Positions 24,440 through 52,341 of a stretch of DNA of 64,000 nt are shown in pieces. The stretch lies in NCBI RefSeq assembly GCF_009914755.1, contig NC_060925.1; one strand, given 5' to 3'. The translations under genes and the position numbers were made by a program. Numbering within the stretch: the first letter of the stretch is position 1; each line of letters begins with the position of its first letter. A model generated the notes under the pieces. That model did no database searches, was not told the origin of the DNA, and saw only the letters and a program-made list of their open reading frames with translations. Source of the DNA: the human T2T-CHM13v2.0 reference genome, Homo sapiens.

Positions 24440-24830
24440 TCACCCTCTCACTCACCCATTTATTCACCCATCTACTTACCCATTCATTCATCTATGCACC
24501 TACCCATCCATCCATCCGTCCGTCTGTCTGTCCATCTGTCTGTCCATCCATCTGTCCGTCCGTCCGTCCATCCATCCTTCCATCCAACCATCTAACTATC
24601 AACTCAGTCATCCATCCATCATCTACGCATCCATCTGTCCATCCGTATATCTATCCACCCTACCATCCATCCATTCACCCACTAATTCATCCATTTATTA
24701 TCCATGCATCCATCTGTCCATAAGTCTATCCGTCCACCCACCACTTATCCATCCATCCATTTACCCATCATACTCATCCATTCATTCATCCAGCCACCAC
24801 CCATGCACTCACCTATCCACCCATTCAGTC
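24440..24830. repeat. Degenerate (TCCA)n simple repeat
   Basis: catccatccatccgtccgtctgtctgtccatc... runs. Confidence 0.9.
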
Positions 24831-25133
24831 ATTAATCCAGTAAAAAATTTTGAGCACCTACTACCAATCAGGCCCTGCACTTGGACCTTAGGGTAGTGTG
24901 TAAATAAAACCCCAGGCTGTAATGGTCTGTGGCAAGCAAACTTTCTCACAGGACCTCTGAATGCCTGCCATCCCTAAGGATACCACACTATCACCCTGCA
25001 GCCCTTATGAATGGAGGCAGCTCCTTCTCCCAAACTCCAGGAACCAGAAATGACAGGATCCAGAAATGTGGTTGGATTTCCTCTTGATTCCAGATGTGTT
25101 ACATGCAGATGTGACTCCAGTATCCTCATTTAA

Positions 25134-26836
<1,703 letters not shown>

Positions 26837-27212
26837 TCAAATTTGCTTTCTCTCTTTCTGTGTGTGTGTATACACGCGTTCACAGGTATACACTGTGAAC
26901 TGTTTTTTTCTGAACTGTTTGAGAGTAAGTTGTATGTGTGATCTTCCTTTACTCCAAGTTCTTCCATTGCGTGTTTCCTAAAAAACAAGGACATCATCTT
27001 ACATATGACCACAGTACAGAAGTTACCACTGCTACAATATTACTAGCTGATCTACGGATTTTATTCAGATTTCAGATCTTATTCAGATTGTCCTAGATAT
27101 AGATTTTAAAATGTATTATGTAACATTTGATATGTAAGAATGCTTGAAAACGATGAAATGTAATAATAAAATGGTCATCTGTCAACCAATCACCAAACTT
27201 AAGATCTAGAAC

Positions 27213-28175
<963 letters not shown>

Positions 28176-28179
28176 ATGT

Positions 28180-35360
<7,181 letters not shown>

Positions 35361-35362
35361 TA

Positions 35363-36198
<836 letters not shown>

Positions 36199-36247
36199 TA
36201 TATTCTTTGGCAATCTTGAGTGCCTAAGTTGGGGATGCTATCCTTCA

Positions 36248-37056
<809 letters not shown>

Positions 37057-40028
37057 CAGAATTCTGTGTTATTTATTTCACTGGTCTCCATTCCACCCAG
37101 TGCAACACCTGGCACAAAGGGACCCTTAATAGAGATCTGATAAGTGAATGTGTACATGACATCTCACTTTTCCAAACAGAACTACCCTTCTTGGAGCATT
37201 TCTAGTTTCCATAGCCTGGGGTTCTGCAGCCCCCACCCCGCCCCTGGAAGTATTTTGAAAGCTGTCAGAAGACCAACTACAGTTGTCTATTCTCAAAAGA
37301 TAAAATCTAGCCAAGAGCTGAAACATGTAGAGAAAATTCTAGCTTTTCTGAGCTCTAGCCAACAGGCAGTCCATATGCTGGGGTCCCTGAGTCTGTTATC
37401 TCCAAGCTCGCCTGACACAGTGCCTACCCTGTGCTTACACTGAAAATTCTCCATCTGTTCTTTTTGTCAAATTGTTTAGAAGATTTAGAAGATTTTATGA
37501 TGTCACACCATGTCCCGATATGAAGCCCCATGTGAGAAGCCTCTTTCAGAATTTGTTCCTGGAAATATTTGTCCCTGTGGAGGAACTGATCTGCTTCCTC
37601 TTTTCTGATAGTAAGAGTGTTTCAGTTTTTGCCCCGGCTGCCAGGAAGCTCAAGTCCAAATTTCCAGATTAATCACAGCATCTATGGCAACCCTTAAGAT
37701 TGCTATTTTTTCTCTTGAGCAATAAGAATCCATTGAATGAACGAATCTTTCCTATTATAATGCCATTTCATGTCCTTTTGGGAAAAAGATGAAGCATACA
37801 TATTTTTCAAAATTATGACAACAGCATGGTCAATGGAAGCCATGTAGGATACTATTGAGAGCTGCAGCTCTGGAGCCAGAATGACTGTGTGCAAATCCTA
37901 GCTCTGCCTTTCACTCACTTAGGGCTTGTGTGCAAGTGTCTGGTGGAGCCCCAGCCCTTCAGCTAATGTACCAGGGAGCAAGTAACTAGTTGCAGCCCCC
38001 TCTGGGCCTCAGTACCTTTATAAAATGAGTTCTTAGAATTCTGAAGTGAAGCAAAGGATGTTAAAGACAAAGAGAAAGCCTTTGGTGAGGAGCAGGTGAC
38101 TTAGGCAAGAGCCATTTCTGGGCACGGAAGGGGAGGAATCAGGGGTCACAGGTGCTGACCTCATGGGGCAGGGGAGGGAGGGGAAGGGGAGGCAGAGAGA
38201 AAGTCCAGAGCTCCTGCTAGACAGGGTGTGGGGAGTGGGCATTTGGAGTGAGTTGCCCCTCCCAGCCTGTGCCCTTCAGCCCTCCTGGAACTCCTGGCTG
38301 GGCCACTGTTTCTTGCTGGGGGTGGATAATGGAGAGTCAGTCACTCCTCATCTGGCCTTGGGTTTGGTTTTTGATTTTGCTACAGCTGCACCAACGGCTC
38401 TTTCAGTGGTGTGGCCAAGATATGTGGGGGTGGTGGAGGGGATGGACTTGGGGGGACAGGTACATGGAAAGGTAGAAGGCAGTCACTGCCCTTGAGGGCA
38501 GTCTGCAGTCTCACTGGGCAACCCAAGGCAGTCTCTGGAGGGACCAAGCAACAGACACCATAGGCTGAGTCCCTAGGTGCCCTCAGGATTTGGAGGAGAC
38601 GGGCAGCTAAGCAAAGCTGGCTTTTTGAAGGAAGGCTTCTGGTACAGGTGGGAGAGGATGTGGGGCAGTAGAACAGAGGGGAGTGGTCCACGCCAGGCTC
38701 AGAGGGGACAAAAAAGCTGTGGTGATGGGGTAGGTGATTTGTTTCAGGGGCAGTTTGGGGTGTGGTCCCTGCTCCCTGAATGTGTGGCCCAGAGTAGGTG
38801 CCCTTCGAACCTGCTGAGCACTGAGATGGAGGACTGTGAACCCCATTTGGTAGGGGTTCATTTAGAAAGATTGCTGGTATTGGGGAGGGCAAGTTGAGGA
38901 CTGACAGAGAGAGCTAGGCCTACATCATTCTGCTCCTGTTTCAACAGTCCCTCCCCTATTGCCAGTGCCCCAGCGGAGGGGCTCAGTCCCATGCCCCAGA
39001 CCTTCCAATGGCTCCCCATGGCTGCAAGCTCTTCATGGTCTGATGGTGGATGGGGATCTAGAGAAACCAGGAAGACCAGCATGGGACACTCCTCTGACTG
39101 GCAGCCTGGTGGGGTGGGAGTGGTGGGGGGTGGTGGAGTAACTCTGAGAAATCGAGAATGGGATTAGGAGTCCCTTTGGGCCCAAGCCTGGTACTGAGAA
39201 GGCAGAATTTTTCTAACAGGTGACATGTGGGGGAACAAAACCATCAGAGAGGTCCTTGCTGGGGCAGAGATTGGGCGCTCCAGGGCAAGACACAGGGGAG
39301 AAGAAAAAGAGCTGGGTGTCAGAGTGGATCTGAGCAGTGTGAGCCACTGCACTGCAGAAAGACAGTGAGGGGGAGCGTGGGGCAGGGTGTGTAACATGAG
39401 GAGGACTTCACCTGCCCAGAGAATTGTGGGGGCAGGGATAACATAGGAGCTCAGAGTCCTCTGTTACCCTGCTGTCTGGAATTTTCCATAATAAAAAGTT
39501 TTTTGAAAAGAAGAGCGCACATTTTGCTACAATCACTGTCATTATTTCTAGGCCACTGAGATGTTCCATCAGCCTCCAGAATGTCCCGGGGGAGCCCCCT
39601 GCAGCATCTTGGTAGCCTGTCTGCCCTAGACAGGGTCCAGGTGGCCTCCCCTGGAACTGGAGTGATGCTTCTTGAAAAATGTTTTCTTGGGATGGAGAAG
39701 GCCTTTCTAAGCAAGGCACAAACTCAGAAGCCATAAAGGAAAGTACTTTCAGGTTTGACCTCATAAAAATAAAAATCTTCAATAAGACAAATAACACCAT
39801 AAACAAAGTTAAAAGACAAGCAACAGACTAGGAGTTGAAGGGTAAAAAAGAAAATAGCCTCAATATTCCCCACAAACATCTCTCCGTATGAGGAGAGAAG
39901 TCAAGAGGAATAATTCCTCTGAGGGAGGTCTTGGTGCAGTGGTGTCTCCACTGGAACAACTATGAATTAATACAACAAAACTTCCTCTATCAGCCAGAAA
40001 TGAAATCACCCTTTTTAGGTGGACCACC

Positions 40029-40818
<790 letters not shown>

Positions 40819-41569
40819 CCACCTCAACAGGGAAGAGTTTGTAGTTCATTTTTCATGGCTTCCCATTTAACAGATTCCTGGGTAGGTTTATGGGGCCAAT
40901 AGCCTGACACACCTCACATAGAGCCCTGCAATTCACTAAGTGGCTAGTACCTCCTGCCACAAGCTAGTTCCAGTGGAGAGTTTGCACGTCTCTACTCCCT
41001 CCCAGACATGATTCTCGTTAGTTGATTCCCTGCCACCAGCACAACATGAATAATGCCATCCCCACTGCCTGCCCATCTTCTAGTGATCAAAAGCCCAGCT
41101 TGAAGGAAGCAAGGAGGATGGTTCCATGCAGGGGACACTATGGGCAGGAGAAGGGGTGGTGGCAAGATGTGCACATTCATGGTCATTTGGATGGCCCTCG
41201 GGATCCTCAGGTGCCCTAACAGCCCAACTGTGGCACCTGTGATGGATACAGTGATCCTCCCCTCCAGCCACCCTGCCAAGTGGCCGCTGATACCCTTAGG
41301 GTATGAGTGCCTGGCGAGTCCTGCCAGGCTGTCCTCTAGGGAGGCCAAAGAGCTTAAGCAGCAGGGACTTGACACATGCAGACAGCGTGGATTCCACTCA
41401 AGTGAGGACTAGAAGGATGGAAGGGTGATGGTTCCACTCACTTCACGGGCATACTGGAACTGAGGGTTCTTAGGTCCAGCAAGCTCCTGGGCTGTCAAAC
41501 ATGTCAGTGTAGGCTCGGGAATGGGGGCGCCACCGCTCTGTCCTGCTGGACTCATTCGCAGGCCACTTA

Positions 41570-41785
<216 letters not shown>

Positions 41786-42293
41786 TCAGGAGGCTGAGGC
41801 AGGAGAATTGCTTGAACCTGGGAGGTGGAGATTGCCATGAGCCAAGATCGTGCCATTTGCACTCCAGCCTGGGCAAGAAGAGAGAAACTCTGTCTCAAAA
41901 AAAAAAAAAAAAAAAAAAAAAGAAAGAGCGAGAGTTTCAGGAGTGGTCAGACAGCAGCTGCTCAGAGCTGCCAGACCCCCTCGTGCTCCCATCTGTTCTC
42001 AGTGTGCGGATCAAAGGGAGGAGGGACAGGGGCCCTGCTAGAAGGCTCAGGACCCTCCTTAGGTGCACTGCCATGTCATTGTGGGCACTGGGGCAGACAA
42101 AGTCACACAATGAGAAACTGTGCCAAGGGTGGTGGGAACAATGGAGATGCCCCCAAATACCATCCTTTGACCTTATGAGCCCCACAAGATGACTTTGACC
42201 ATCTAAAGAGGGACAGAACTCCAGTGAGTTCAGCCTCAGTTTTTCTGTTCCCAGGTGGCAGAGAATGTCAAGCACAAATGGGAAGAAGCCTGA

Positions 42294-42877
<584 letters not shown>

Positions 42878-43305
42878 TAAAGGCAGAGGCCCACGTGAGA
42901 AACTCTTTGAGGGAGTGAGCCACAGAGGATGAGTCCTTACATTTCTCATCTGTGAGAGTCAAAGCCCATGGGTTGAGGTGGATTGCTTGCCTACAATGCC
43001 CAGGCTTGTCCTTCCGGGATTCAGAAGGCATGTGCAGTACCTCCTGTGGTGTGAGAGAGTCGTCCTTTGGTGTGTGGGTTCCCGACTGGCATTCTCAGCT
43101 GGAGTGCCCAAGTCTGGGGCCACTGTTTTCATCTTCATGGCTACTGGGAAAGTGTATTTGCTTGGGGGCTTAAACAAAAGGAAAGTTTCTTTCTGTGTCA
43201 TGTAGAAGCCCATTTGGAGCAGCCCGGGGCTGGAGAGGGGCTCTGCAGTGTCCGGGGCACAGGCTCCTTCCAGCTTACTGTTCTCATCCCCAGGGTGCGG
43301 CCTCA

Positions 43306-43578
<273 letters not shown>

Positions 43579-45617
43579 TTAGCCAGGCAGGGTGGTGCAC
43601 CTGTAATCCCAGCCATCTGGGAGGCTGAGTCAGGAGGATCACTTAAGCCCAGGAATTAGAGGCTACAGTGAGCCATGATCATCCCCACTGCACTCCAGCC
43701 TGGGTGACAGAGCAAGACCCTTCCCCCAACCCCCCCAAAAAACCCCAAAGAACAAAACACTCAGATCCAGGGGCATGGTGACATGACCAGACCTAGTTGC
43801 AAGAGAGTCTGGGACATGTGGGTTTTATGTGGGAGGAGAGCACATGTGTCAACTGGGCGAGTTTAATGGAATTTTGATAAATAGGTAGAAGACATATTCA
43901 ACAAAAAGAACAATGGGACCTGTTGCCACATTTTTTATTCATGTGATGTTCATATATTGCTTGCTATGTGTTAGTCATTCCAACTAAGCCCTTTCCATGT
44001 ATTAACCTGTTTAACCTTTTCAAGAGTCTGTGGAACAGTTAGCAGTGGCTCCTGTTTTTTTTTTTTTTTTAGTTGGAGTTTTGTTCTTGTTGCCCAGGCT
44101 GGAGTGCAATGGAGTGATCTTGGCTCACTGCAACCTCTGACTCCTGGGTTCAAGTGATTCTCCTGCCTCAGCCTCATGAGTAGCTGGGATTACAGGTGTC
44201 TGCCACCACGCTCAGGTAATTTTTTTTTTTTTTGTATTTTTAGCAGAGACAGGGTTTCACCATGTTGGCCAGGCTGGTCTGGAACTCTTGACCTCAGGTG
44301 ATCTGCCCGCCTCGGCCTCCCAAAGTGCTGGGATTACAGGCGTGTGCCACTGCGCCTGGATGGCTTAACCCTTTTGAACGGAAGTGCCCACCTAGGTGGA
44401 TGGGAAAATAGGGGAACTCACGGCTGGTAGGGGAGTCTTTCCTCACAGTGAGAATGAGGAAAGGCCTCCAGATCAGGGAGCCAAAAAAGCCAGCAAGGAT
44501 CCTTCTCCTCCCCTTGGCCTCCAGGCAGAGTGGCCACACTGCGAGGTCCTCTGTTTTGGGTGGCAGTGATGTCTTGGGGGACTCAGCTGAGAACAGGGAC
44601 TCTGGTGTCCAGCCTGGATGACCACCCCTTTTTGCTCTTTCCTCCCAGGGCCTATGGGAGAGGCAGTGGACATTCTGTGCAGGGTGCTGAGATGATATCT
44701 TGCAGACAGTCTAACGGGGTGGGAGCATTTTTCTTCTCTTCCAGAGCCCTTTCACCTGTCCTGGTCGGGTGGTGGTGGCAGCAGCGGCGGTAGAGAAGCA
44801 GCAGGAAGAAATGGAAAGATAATCCTTTACTTCCATCGAGGAGCCAGGACCCTTCCTGTTTCTAAGGGTCAGCTTTCCCTCGGCACTCAGGGAGCGAGTG
44901 TGTGCGTGTGCACACCCATATTGGGAGGAGTGGGGGTTGTGGGGGGTTTCTGATGGTCCTTTAAATTCTCTCTTTTGGGCATTTTTGTGAGAGGAAAGAA
45001 GCAGAACTAGGGTTGTGTGTGGGGCAGCTCTACAGAGGGAAGGACCAATCAGGGGACAGAGAGACAAACCCAGAGGCCATGAACAGCTGGAAGCCATGAC
45101 CACTCTTAGGCGGGAGAGACAAAGGGCGGAGGCCAGGTTCCTGGAACTCAGGGGCTGAGTTAGCCTTGTGGTGAGCCTGGCAGCGAGGAGGAAAACAGTG
45201 GCTGTCAGAGGTGCTACCTGAGGTGGGAGGGAAGCTGGGACATGCCCTGGCCCTTCCTCCCATCCTCCAATCTCCCACCAAGGCCTCTTTCTGATTGGCC
45301 AAATCCAGGCAGAAGCCCGTAGACCAGGACCCTGGGACACACAGCCTGCAGGGGTCAGCCCCCCACTGCAGAGTACAGGAAGGGCAAGGAGGGGTTCTGT
45401 GGGCCAACAGGTCTGGCCCACATGGGGAGAAACAGGAGGAGAAGCTGGTGGGGAGACTGGGGGTGCGGGCTATCTCCCGACTATGCTGCAGAGCAGGGCA
45501 TTACCTGTGGGCTGCTGGAGCGTCCTGCCAAGGCCTAGGACCAGAGGACTGACTCGGCCCCGTGTCCGCGGTGTCTTGTGAGTGCCCTGCTCCCTGGTAG
45601 GGGATGAGCTCCCTGCT

Positions 45618-45782
45618 GGGCACGCAGTCCTTACACAGCACGAGCATGTGATCCTCTGGGCACACAGTCCTTACATACCACGAGCGCGTGATCCTCCAGG
45701 GCACACAGTCCTCACACACCGCGAGCGTGTGATCCTCTGGGGCACGCAGTCCTTACCTATCGTGAGTGTGCGATCCTCCAGG
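45618..45782. repeat. Minisatellite, ~4 copies of a 40-41 bp unit (gggcacgcagtccttacacagcacgagcatgtgatcctct)
   Basis: Units start at 45618, 45658, 45699 and 45740. Confidence 0.9.
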
Positions 45783-48700
45783 ATGCCCTAAACCCTCAGG
45801 GGACCACAGGGACCTGGTGGGTCTGGGAGAGGTGGCAGAGGAGCTCCTGGAGCTGCCTTTGTGGCTGGAGAGGGGCACAGCAGTTGGAAGGTACCTCTGT
45901 AGTGATGTGGAGGGAGGCAGTGGACAACACACAGAGGCGATTGTAGGTGGCCCAGGCCATAGGATGAGAGAAAATCATGGATCTGAGAGATTTCAAGGAG
46001 GGAGAATCAGTAGGACTTAGACACTGATTGGTTGCGACCAGGGGAACATGACATGGGATACATTTTCCATCAGATAGGAGGAGGAAATAATGATGGTCCC
46101 AGGTACCCATGTGTGATGTGGGCAGCCACACCCCCGGGAGCTTCTAAGGGGCAAGTCCCTATGTCACACATCATGCCTGGTTCAGAGAAGCTTCCAGGGA
46201 GAGCAGGCTCTGGGGGAGGGCCAAGTGGGGCTGTGGAGGCTGCCTCCCACCCTATTCTGGGCTGCCAGATCCCTGAAGTCAGGGGGCAGGTGGGGGTGCC
46301 CAGAGGAGCCCCACACCAGGTGGAAGGGTGTGAGTAAGCCCTTGGAGCTCTGGGCCCAGTCTGACAAGGGCGAGGCCTGCCACTGGCCTGAGTCTGGGGA
46401 CGAAGGCTTCAGCTGGCCAGATGCCTGTGCTCCGGTCTGGTCCCTGAAGGTCTCCAGCATCCTAGGACACCCTGACCCATGCTCCTCAGGCACAGGGACC
46501 CAACTCCACTGGTCTGTAGGCCTTGAGCCTTTGCTGCCTGATCTGCAGCTATGCTGATCAGTCCCTCCCCACTCCTGCTCAGACCTTGGCCCTGATGGAC
46601 ATTAGAGCCACTCCCCTCGTGACCTGCCTCTTTCCCTGCCCAGGTTCTCAGCTCACTGTAGGGCTTGCTTGCCTTTCCTGGGAAAGAGGAATTACCAGTA
46701 GGTCTGAGGGCAGCACAGCTTCCTCCTGGATGTGAGAAAGCAGATATCAGAGATGGCACCATTGGACTATGAGCCCTGGGCCCAGGACAGACCTGGGCCT
46801 CCACCTTGTCCCATCACACCCATTTCACAGACCTAGAGAGGGGATGTCATTTCAGGTCACCAGATGGTGCTGGGGCTAACCCATCCACAGACCTGGCCCT
46901 CGGAGGAAATGAGTCTCCCTGAGTTAGTGACTCGCGAAGGGGTCCCTCTTCCTTGCAACGTTCCCAGCTACACCCCGACTGCCCCAAGTCCAGGCTCTTC
47001 CTCCGGGCAGGCCTTTTCTTGTGTGCTCCCTGGCCTGCATGCCTTAGAACCCCCTGACCTCCAGGCACTGCCTTTAGCTTCTCCCAAACCAGACTGTGGC
47101 TCCCCATGTTAGAAACTGGGTGATCCCCTCTTTTCTGAGGTCCCCAGTCCACAGAAAAGTCTTTCAGACTTGAATGAAAGATGTTTCTTTTCCAGGGCTG
47201 GGCCCAGACCCTGGGGCTTGGAGGGAAACATGCAGACTTGGAGAGCTGTGACCTGCCCCATGAGCCTGGTCACCACCTTCCCCTGGGCCTGTCCAGGAGA
47301 TTCTGGTGGGGTCTGAGACAGGAAGAAGGACCCAGGGTTCCAATCTAATGCCTTCCTGAAGCTCCAGTCTCCACATCCCAGCTGGCCATTGGGAGAAAGA
47401 GACAAAGGTCTCTTGTATCGTCCTCCTAATGGTCAGCAGGTGGCGCTGTGCCCCCAGCTTTGCAGGCCTCAGGTCCTGGTTCTGCAAGTTTGCTTTGCCC
47501 AGGCGGGGGTCTGGGCTGCAGTCCTGGAGGGCCCCCTGAATGCTGCCAGAGTTCCTCTGTGGCCCCCTTCCTGCCTCTGCTGGTGGTATCTGGTGGGGTG
47601 AGATGCCTCCCAGGCCTCAAGAAGTCTGAACACAGGTTCCTGGCGTGTTCCTTGCCCCAGCTCATGCTGTCCCGAGAAGCCTCTTGGCTGCCCAGGTTGT
47701 CTGTTCTCTGTAGTGGGCACTGTGTCAGGCGTGGCACACCCATCAGCTCCTATATTCACCAGCAACTGTGTGAAGTGGGTGCCCGTTGTACAGATGAGAA
47801 CACCAAGGTCAGGAAAGGCCAGCAAGTCCACTCAGCTAGCATGTGGCAGGGCTGGGTGTGCCGCCCAGGCCTGTTGGACGCCCACGTGTGTTGTCAACCC
47901 CTGCACTGGATTGTAGCTGCGTTCCAGAGGAATTATAGCTCTTAGGCTAAAAGTCCCAAATCAGGAACTCTCCTAGCCTCCCTCACCCCAACACTGGGAT
48001 TCTTTGTCCACCCACTCGAGGCCCTAAGCTGAGCCCCAGGGAGCAGTCTAAGCCTGTGTGATCGGGAGTGTCGCAACCTGACCACTCCATTCTGCTGTGG
48101 GTGCAGGGGACGGGGACCAGAACGAGAGAGCAACCCTGGGAACCACATGGTGGAAAGGAGTGCCCAGCTCCTCTCTCTGTCTGCTCTTTTCACACCGGGC
48201 CTCTTCCTCACCCTGCTTCTCCTTAGCTCTGCCCTCTTCCCCTTCCTCAGCTGTCTAGATGCATCTCCCTCCCTGACTCTGTCCCTAGTACCCTCTTTTA
48301 CTCTGTCAGCCTGTCTTTCTCTCTTTTCATGTCTCGTCTTTCTCCAACAGAATCGGAGTTAAGTGACAAAAGAAAAATGATCCCCTCCTGCCAGGGTTAT
48401 TAAAATCATGTTCTACAATTGAGCCGCCAGGAGAGCCCGACTAATGACGGATGATGAGGCCATGGCGTCCCCACAGCTGGGAGTGAGGTGATAGGCCCGG
48501 CTGTGGGATTACCACCAATTACTCTGGGCAGAGTGAGCAGCGCTTCTGTTCTCCTTCAAATCACCTCCCTCCTGCTCCTGGGAGATAAAGTCTCACCCCT
48601 GGCGGGGAGGCTGGAGCTGGGGTGAGGGGAAAGAGCTGGAGCTGCCATATAGCCCCCAAGGTAACTTGCCCAAGGTCACACAGCCAGTAAGTGGCAGAGT

Positions 48701-50118
48701 GGGTACTTGAACTCCAGACTCCAGTGTTTTAAAAATTCATTAGGCAGCCTCCCCTCTGTGAACGGGGCATGAGAAATTATTTTGTTTGCCAGAAAATGAT
48801 AGTCCTTGGTCAACTAGACTTGGATCCTACTGGGCCACAAAAAGAGTAAACAAGGCCAGGCATGGTGGCTTACGCCTGTAATCCCAGCACTTTGGGAGGC
48901 CGAGGCGGGCAGATCACTTGAGGCCAGGAGTTTGAGATCAGCCTGGCCAACATGGTGAAACCCCATCTCTACTAAAAATACAAAAATAAGCCGGGTGTGG
49001 TGGAGAGCACCTGTAATCCCAGCTACTTGGGAGGCTGAGGCTTGAGAATGACTTGAACCCAGGAGGCAGAGGTTGCAGTGAAAACACATTGCAGCAAAGT
49101 GAATTTTAGTTAGACACTAGGAAGGACTTCCCCAAGGAGTGGGCTCTAAAATAGATGACTGAGAGTCTGTAGTTTCTTCCTTGGATGGTCTTTCACAACA
49201 AGAGGGGCCCTCTTGGCAGTCTTTCTAAGCTAGACAAGGTGCTGGTGCTATGGAATCCATCCAGTGGAATTTGAGGATGAAACATGCTGGAGTCAGGGAG
49301 GCTTGACAAGGTAAATTGCAGAAGAGATAAGGAAGCCTGTATGTTAGACCCAGCCCTAAAGCCCAGAGCCCTGCTCATATGTTAGACCCAGGTCAGAAGC
49401 CCAGTGTGGGTGGGGGAAGCCAGGGCCCTTCAGGCCGGGGTTGGTTTACTGAGTCAACTCAGGTATAGACGCTGCTTCGTGTGGGCAGGGGGTCACAGCT
49501 CACAAAGCCCTCCCATGTGCAGCTCATTTAAATCTCCCATCCACCTGTTGGGGCAGACAACTGAGAAATTATTATCCCCATTTTGCAGGTGGGAGAATGA
49601 GTCTCCAAGAAGGGAGTTAGTCAGCCAAGGTCACACAGAGACAAGGCCCTCGTGCTGTGGCTCGGACCCCAGACCTTCCCATGTCACCAGGCTGTGAGAC
49701 CAGTGGGGGCTGTAAGCTGCCCCGCACCCTAATCTGCCTTTCTGTTCCAGTCTGACCAACTGCTCTTTAGCTCCCTCCACCTTGGGGTGAAGCTAGTCGG
49801 GGGAGGGCTGGTGCCAGCGCCACAATCCGTACAGGACGAATGAGTATCTCTTTCCCATCTGGATTTTATTATTTTTCAGTTTATCCTGGTCAAAAAACGC
49901 AAGATGAACGTCTGGAGGAAAAAATATATAATCTTTGAGAAAATTGAAAATATATATCATTGTTTGGGGTTGGGGGCTCAGGGGCCCTGGAGGTTGGCTC
50001 TCCCTGGCTTATTCCTGGGCCTGGCTCAGCCTGTCTTTGCACACAGCCTGATTGCAGGCTCCGGGGGATCTCCAGGGGAACTCCCTCCCAGACTTCGGGG
50101 CTCGGTCTGGGATCTGGT

Positions 50119-50120
<2 letters not shown>

Positions 50121-50168
<48 letters not shown>

Positions 50169-50175
50169 CGCGCGC
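50121..50175. repeat. Compound (GT)~19(CG)7 microsatellite
   Basis: 55 bp of uninterrupted purine-pyrimidine alternation. Confidence 0.95.
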
Positions 50176-50805
50176 TCACGTGCAGGGGCTGCTGGGGAGG
50201 AGAAGAGAGGTCTCAACTTCCTTCCCTGGGGATATGAGCATTTTCTGGATACTTCTGGAATCTCCAGATTGTTCCCTGTAGGAGAAATAGCCACTTCAGC
50301 CATAATAGCCAGGGTGTACCGAGGCTTTACTATGTACCAGATACTCTTCCAAGTACTTCCCATGTCTTCTAAGGACTTTTCATCTCTTTTATTCCTCACA
50401 CAAACCCTGTATTTAGGTACCATCTTCTCCTTGTAGCTGAAGAAGCTTAGGTACAGAAAGCTTCAGAAACATGCCCAAGTTCACATAGCTGGGAAATTTC
50501 AACCATTCAAATCCAAGTAGTTGAATTCCAGAGTTCAGTTCTCAACCACGACTCTATAAAGCTTTTCTTCACTGGAAAGAGAAAAGGAAGAAGGCAGGGA
50601 GAGGGCGAGAATGTGCACATAGGAAGATGTGAACACGTCTAATGCGTGTCCCTGGGCTGGACTGTGTGTGGTACACAGCTGCAAGTGTCCTGCGTGTACT
50701 TGGCTGTAGTTTCATGTATCCACACCTTCATTACCCACCTACCCACTCATGTTCATCCATCTGTCGGCCCGTCCATCCATCATCTGTTTTTTTTTTTTGA
50801 AATAG

Positions 50806-51039
<234 letters not shown>

Positions 51040-52341
51040 TGAAGTGCTGGGATTACAGGCGTGAGCCACTGTGCCCCAGCCCATCATCAGTTTTTAAGTG
51101 TGGGGTCACAGGTGTGTGGCTACTTCCAGGTGTGTCTGTGCACATGCATGCATAATTGGAATGTGTGTGATGGGTGTCAGGACATATTCAGATGTACAGA
51201 CCTGTGACCGCCTCCCACCCCCTCTCCCAAGGCTCTTCCCCCAAACCTGAAAAGCCACAGGATGGAGGAAGAGGCCCAGCCTCAGCAGGCCTGCCTTGGT
51301 CCCTGGCTCCCCTCCGAGCCCCAGCGGAGAGTTAATTAAATCCCTTTCCCAACAAGGGTGGTAATTAGTGCTAATGGTTCGGCTTCCACTCAGAGGCTGG
51401 AGAGGTTCCTGCTCCGTGTCTGTGTGTGTATGTGTGTTAGGGGGTGGGTAGCAGGGCCTTCTCAGTTCCAGAAACTTATGGGGTGTGGAGAGGGGCTTCT
51501 GAGAACTCCCCAGTCTTTTCCTGCTCCTGTCTCCTGATCTTACGGGCTCCAGGAGGCTGGGAGTGTGGTGGGTCTCCCGCCAGCCTGCCTGGGAAGAACC
51601 TGGTTGTGGTGCCCTTAGCTTGAGGCCTGTGGCTCTCTAGGAATCTGTTTGTGACTGAGGGTGTGCTTCTGTGTGTGTGTGTGTTTGTGTCTGTGCGCGT
51701 GCACAAGGGACACTCTGAACCATGCTGTGTGCATATAAATGACCATATATATAACAGTGATATATGAATGGTGCCCCCTGGAATTGTGCAATGTGGTAGC
51801 CCTGATTCACAGACCCCAAGTTGGCATGTCCATGATGTGTGCAATGACTCTGTGTTTCTGGGTGTCCTCTGTGTGTTTCGAGGTGTACCTGAAGGTGGGT
51901 GCCAGTGAGTGTGGGCCTATGTGTGTTTACATGTGACAAAATGCAAGGAGCAGCAGGGCCGCTGGCTTCTGGGGCCTGACTGACACCCCTTGCAAATAAA
52001 TGTGACAATGAAATACAGTCCTGGAATTGCTTTGGATGCTCCGTCAAGCAGGCGACGCAGAATAGGTGAAGCTGTAAAGTGTTCCCTGGGGAGCTGTGTG
52101 GCTGAGTGACAGCCCCGTGCTGGCTCCTGCCTCTCTGCCTGGCTCTCCCTTGTGAGACCCTGGGGCTGAAGACACTCATCCTGACCACAGCCTGGAAGAC
52201 TCGGGAGAACCGGCTTCCACAGCCTGTGAGGAGTGAAGGGCAGAGGGGACCTGGCAGGGCTCCATCCCTTCACCATTGTCTCATCGCTCTCTTCAGGTGG
52301 AGTGCCCAGAGTAGGGCTGTGTCCCATCCCCGTCATATGCA

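Noticed and set aside
44711-45421. 236-aa minus-strand ORF
   Set aside because: No recognisable domain; ORFs of this length arise by chance in GC-rich DNA.
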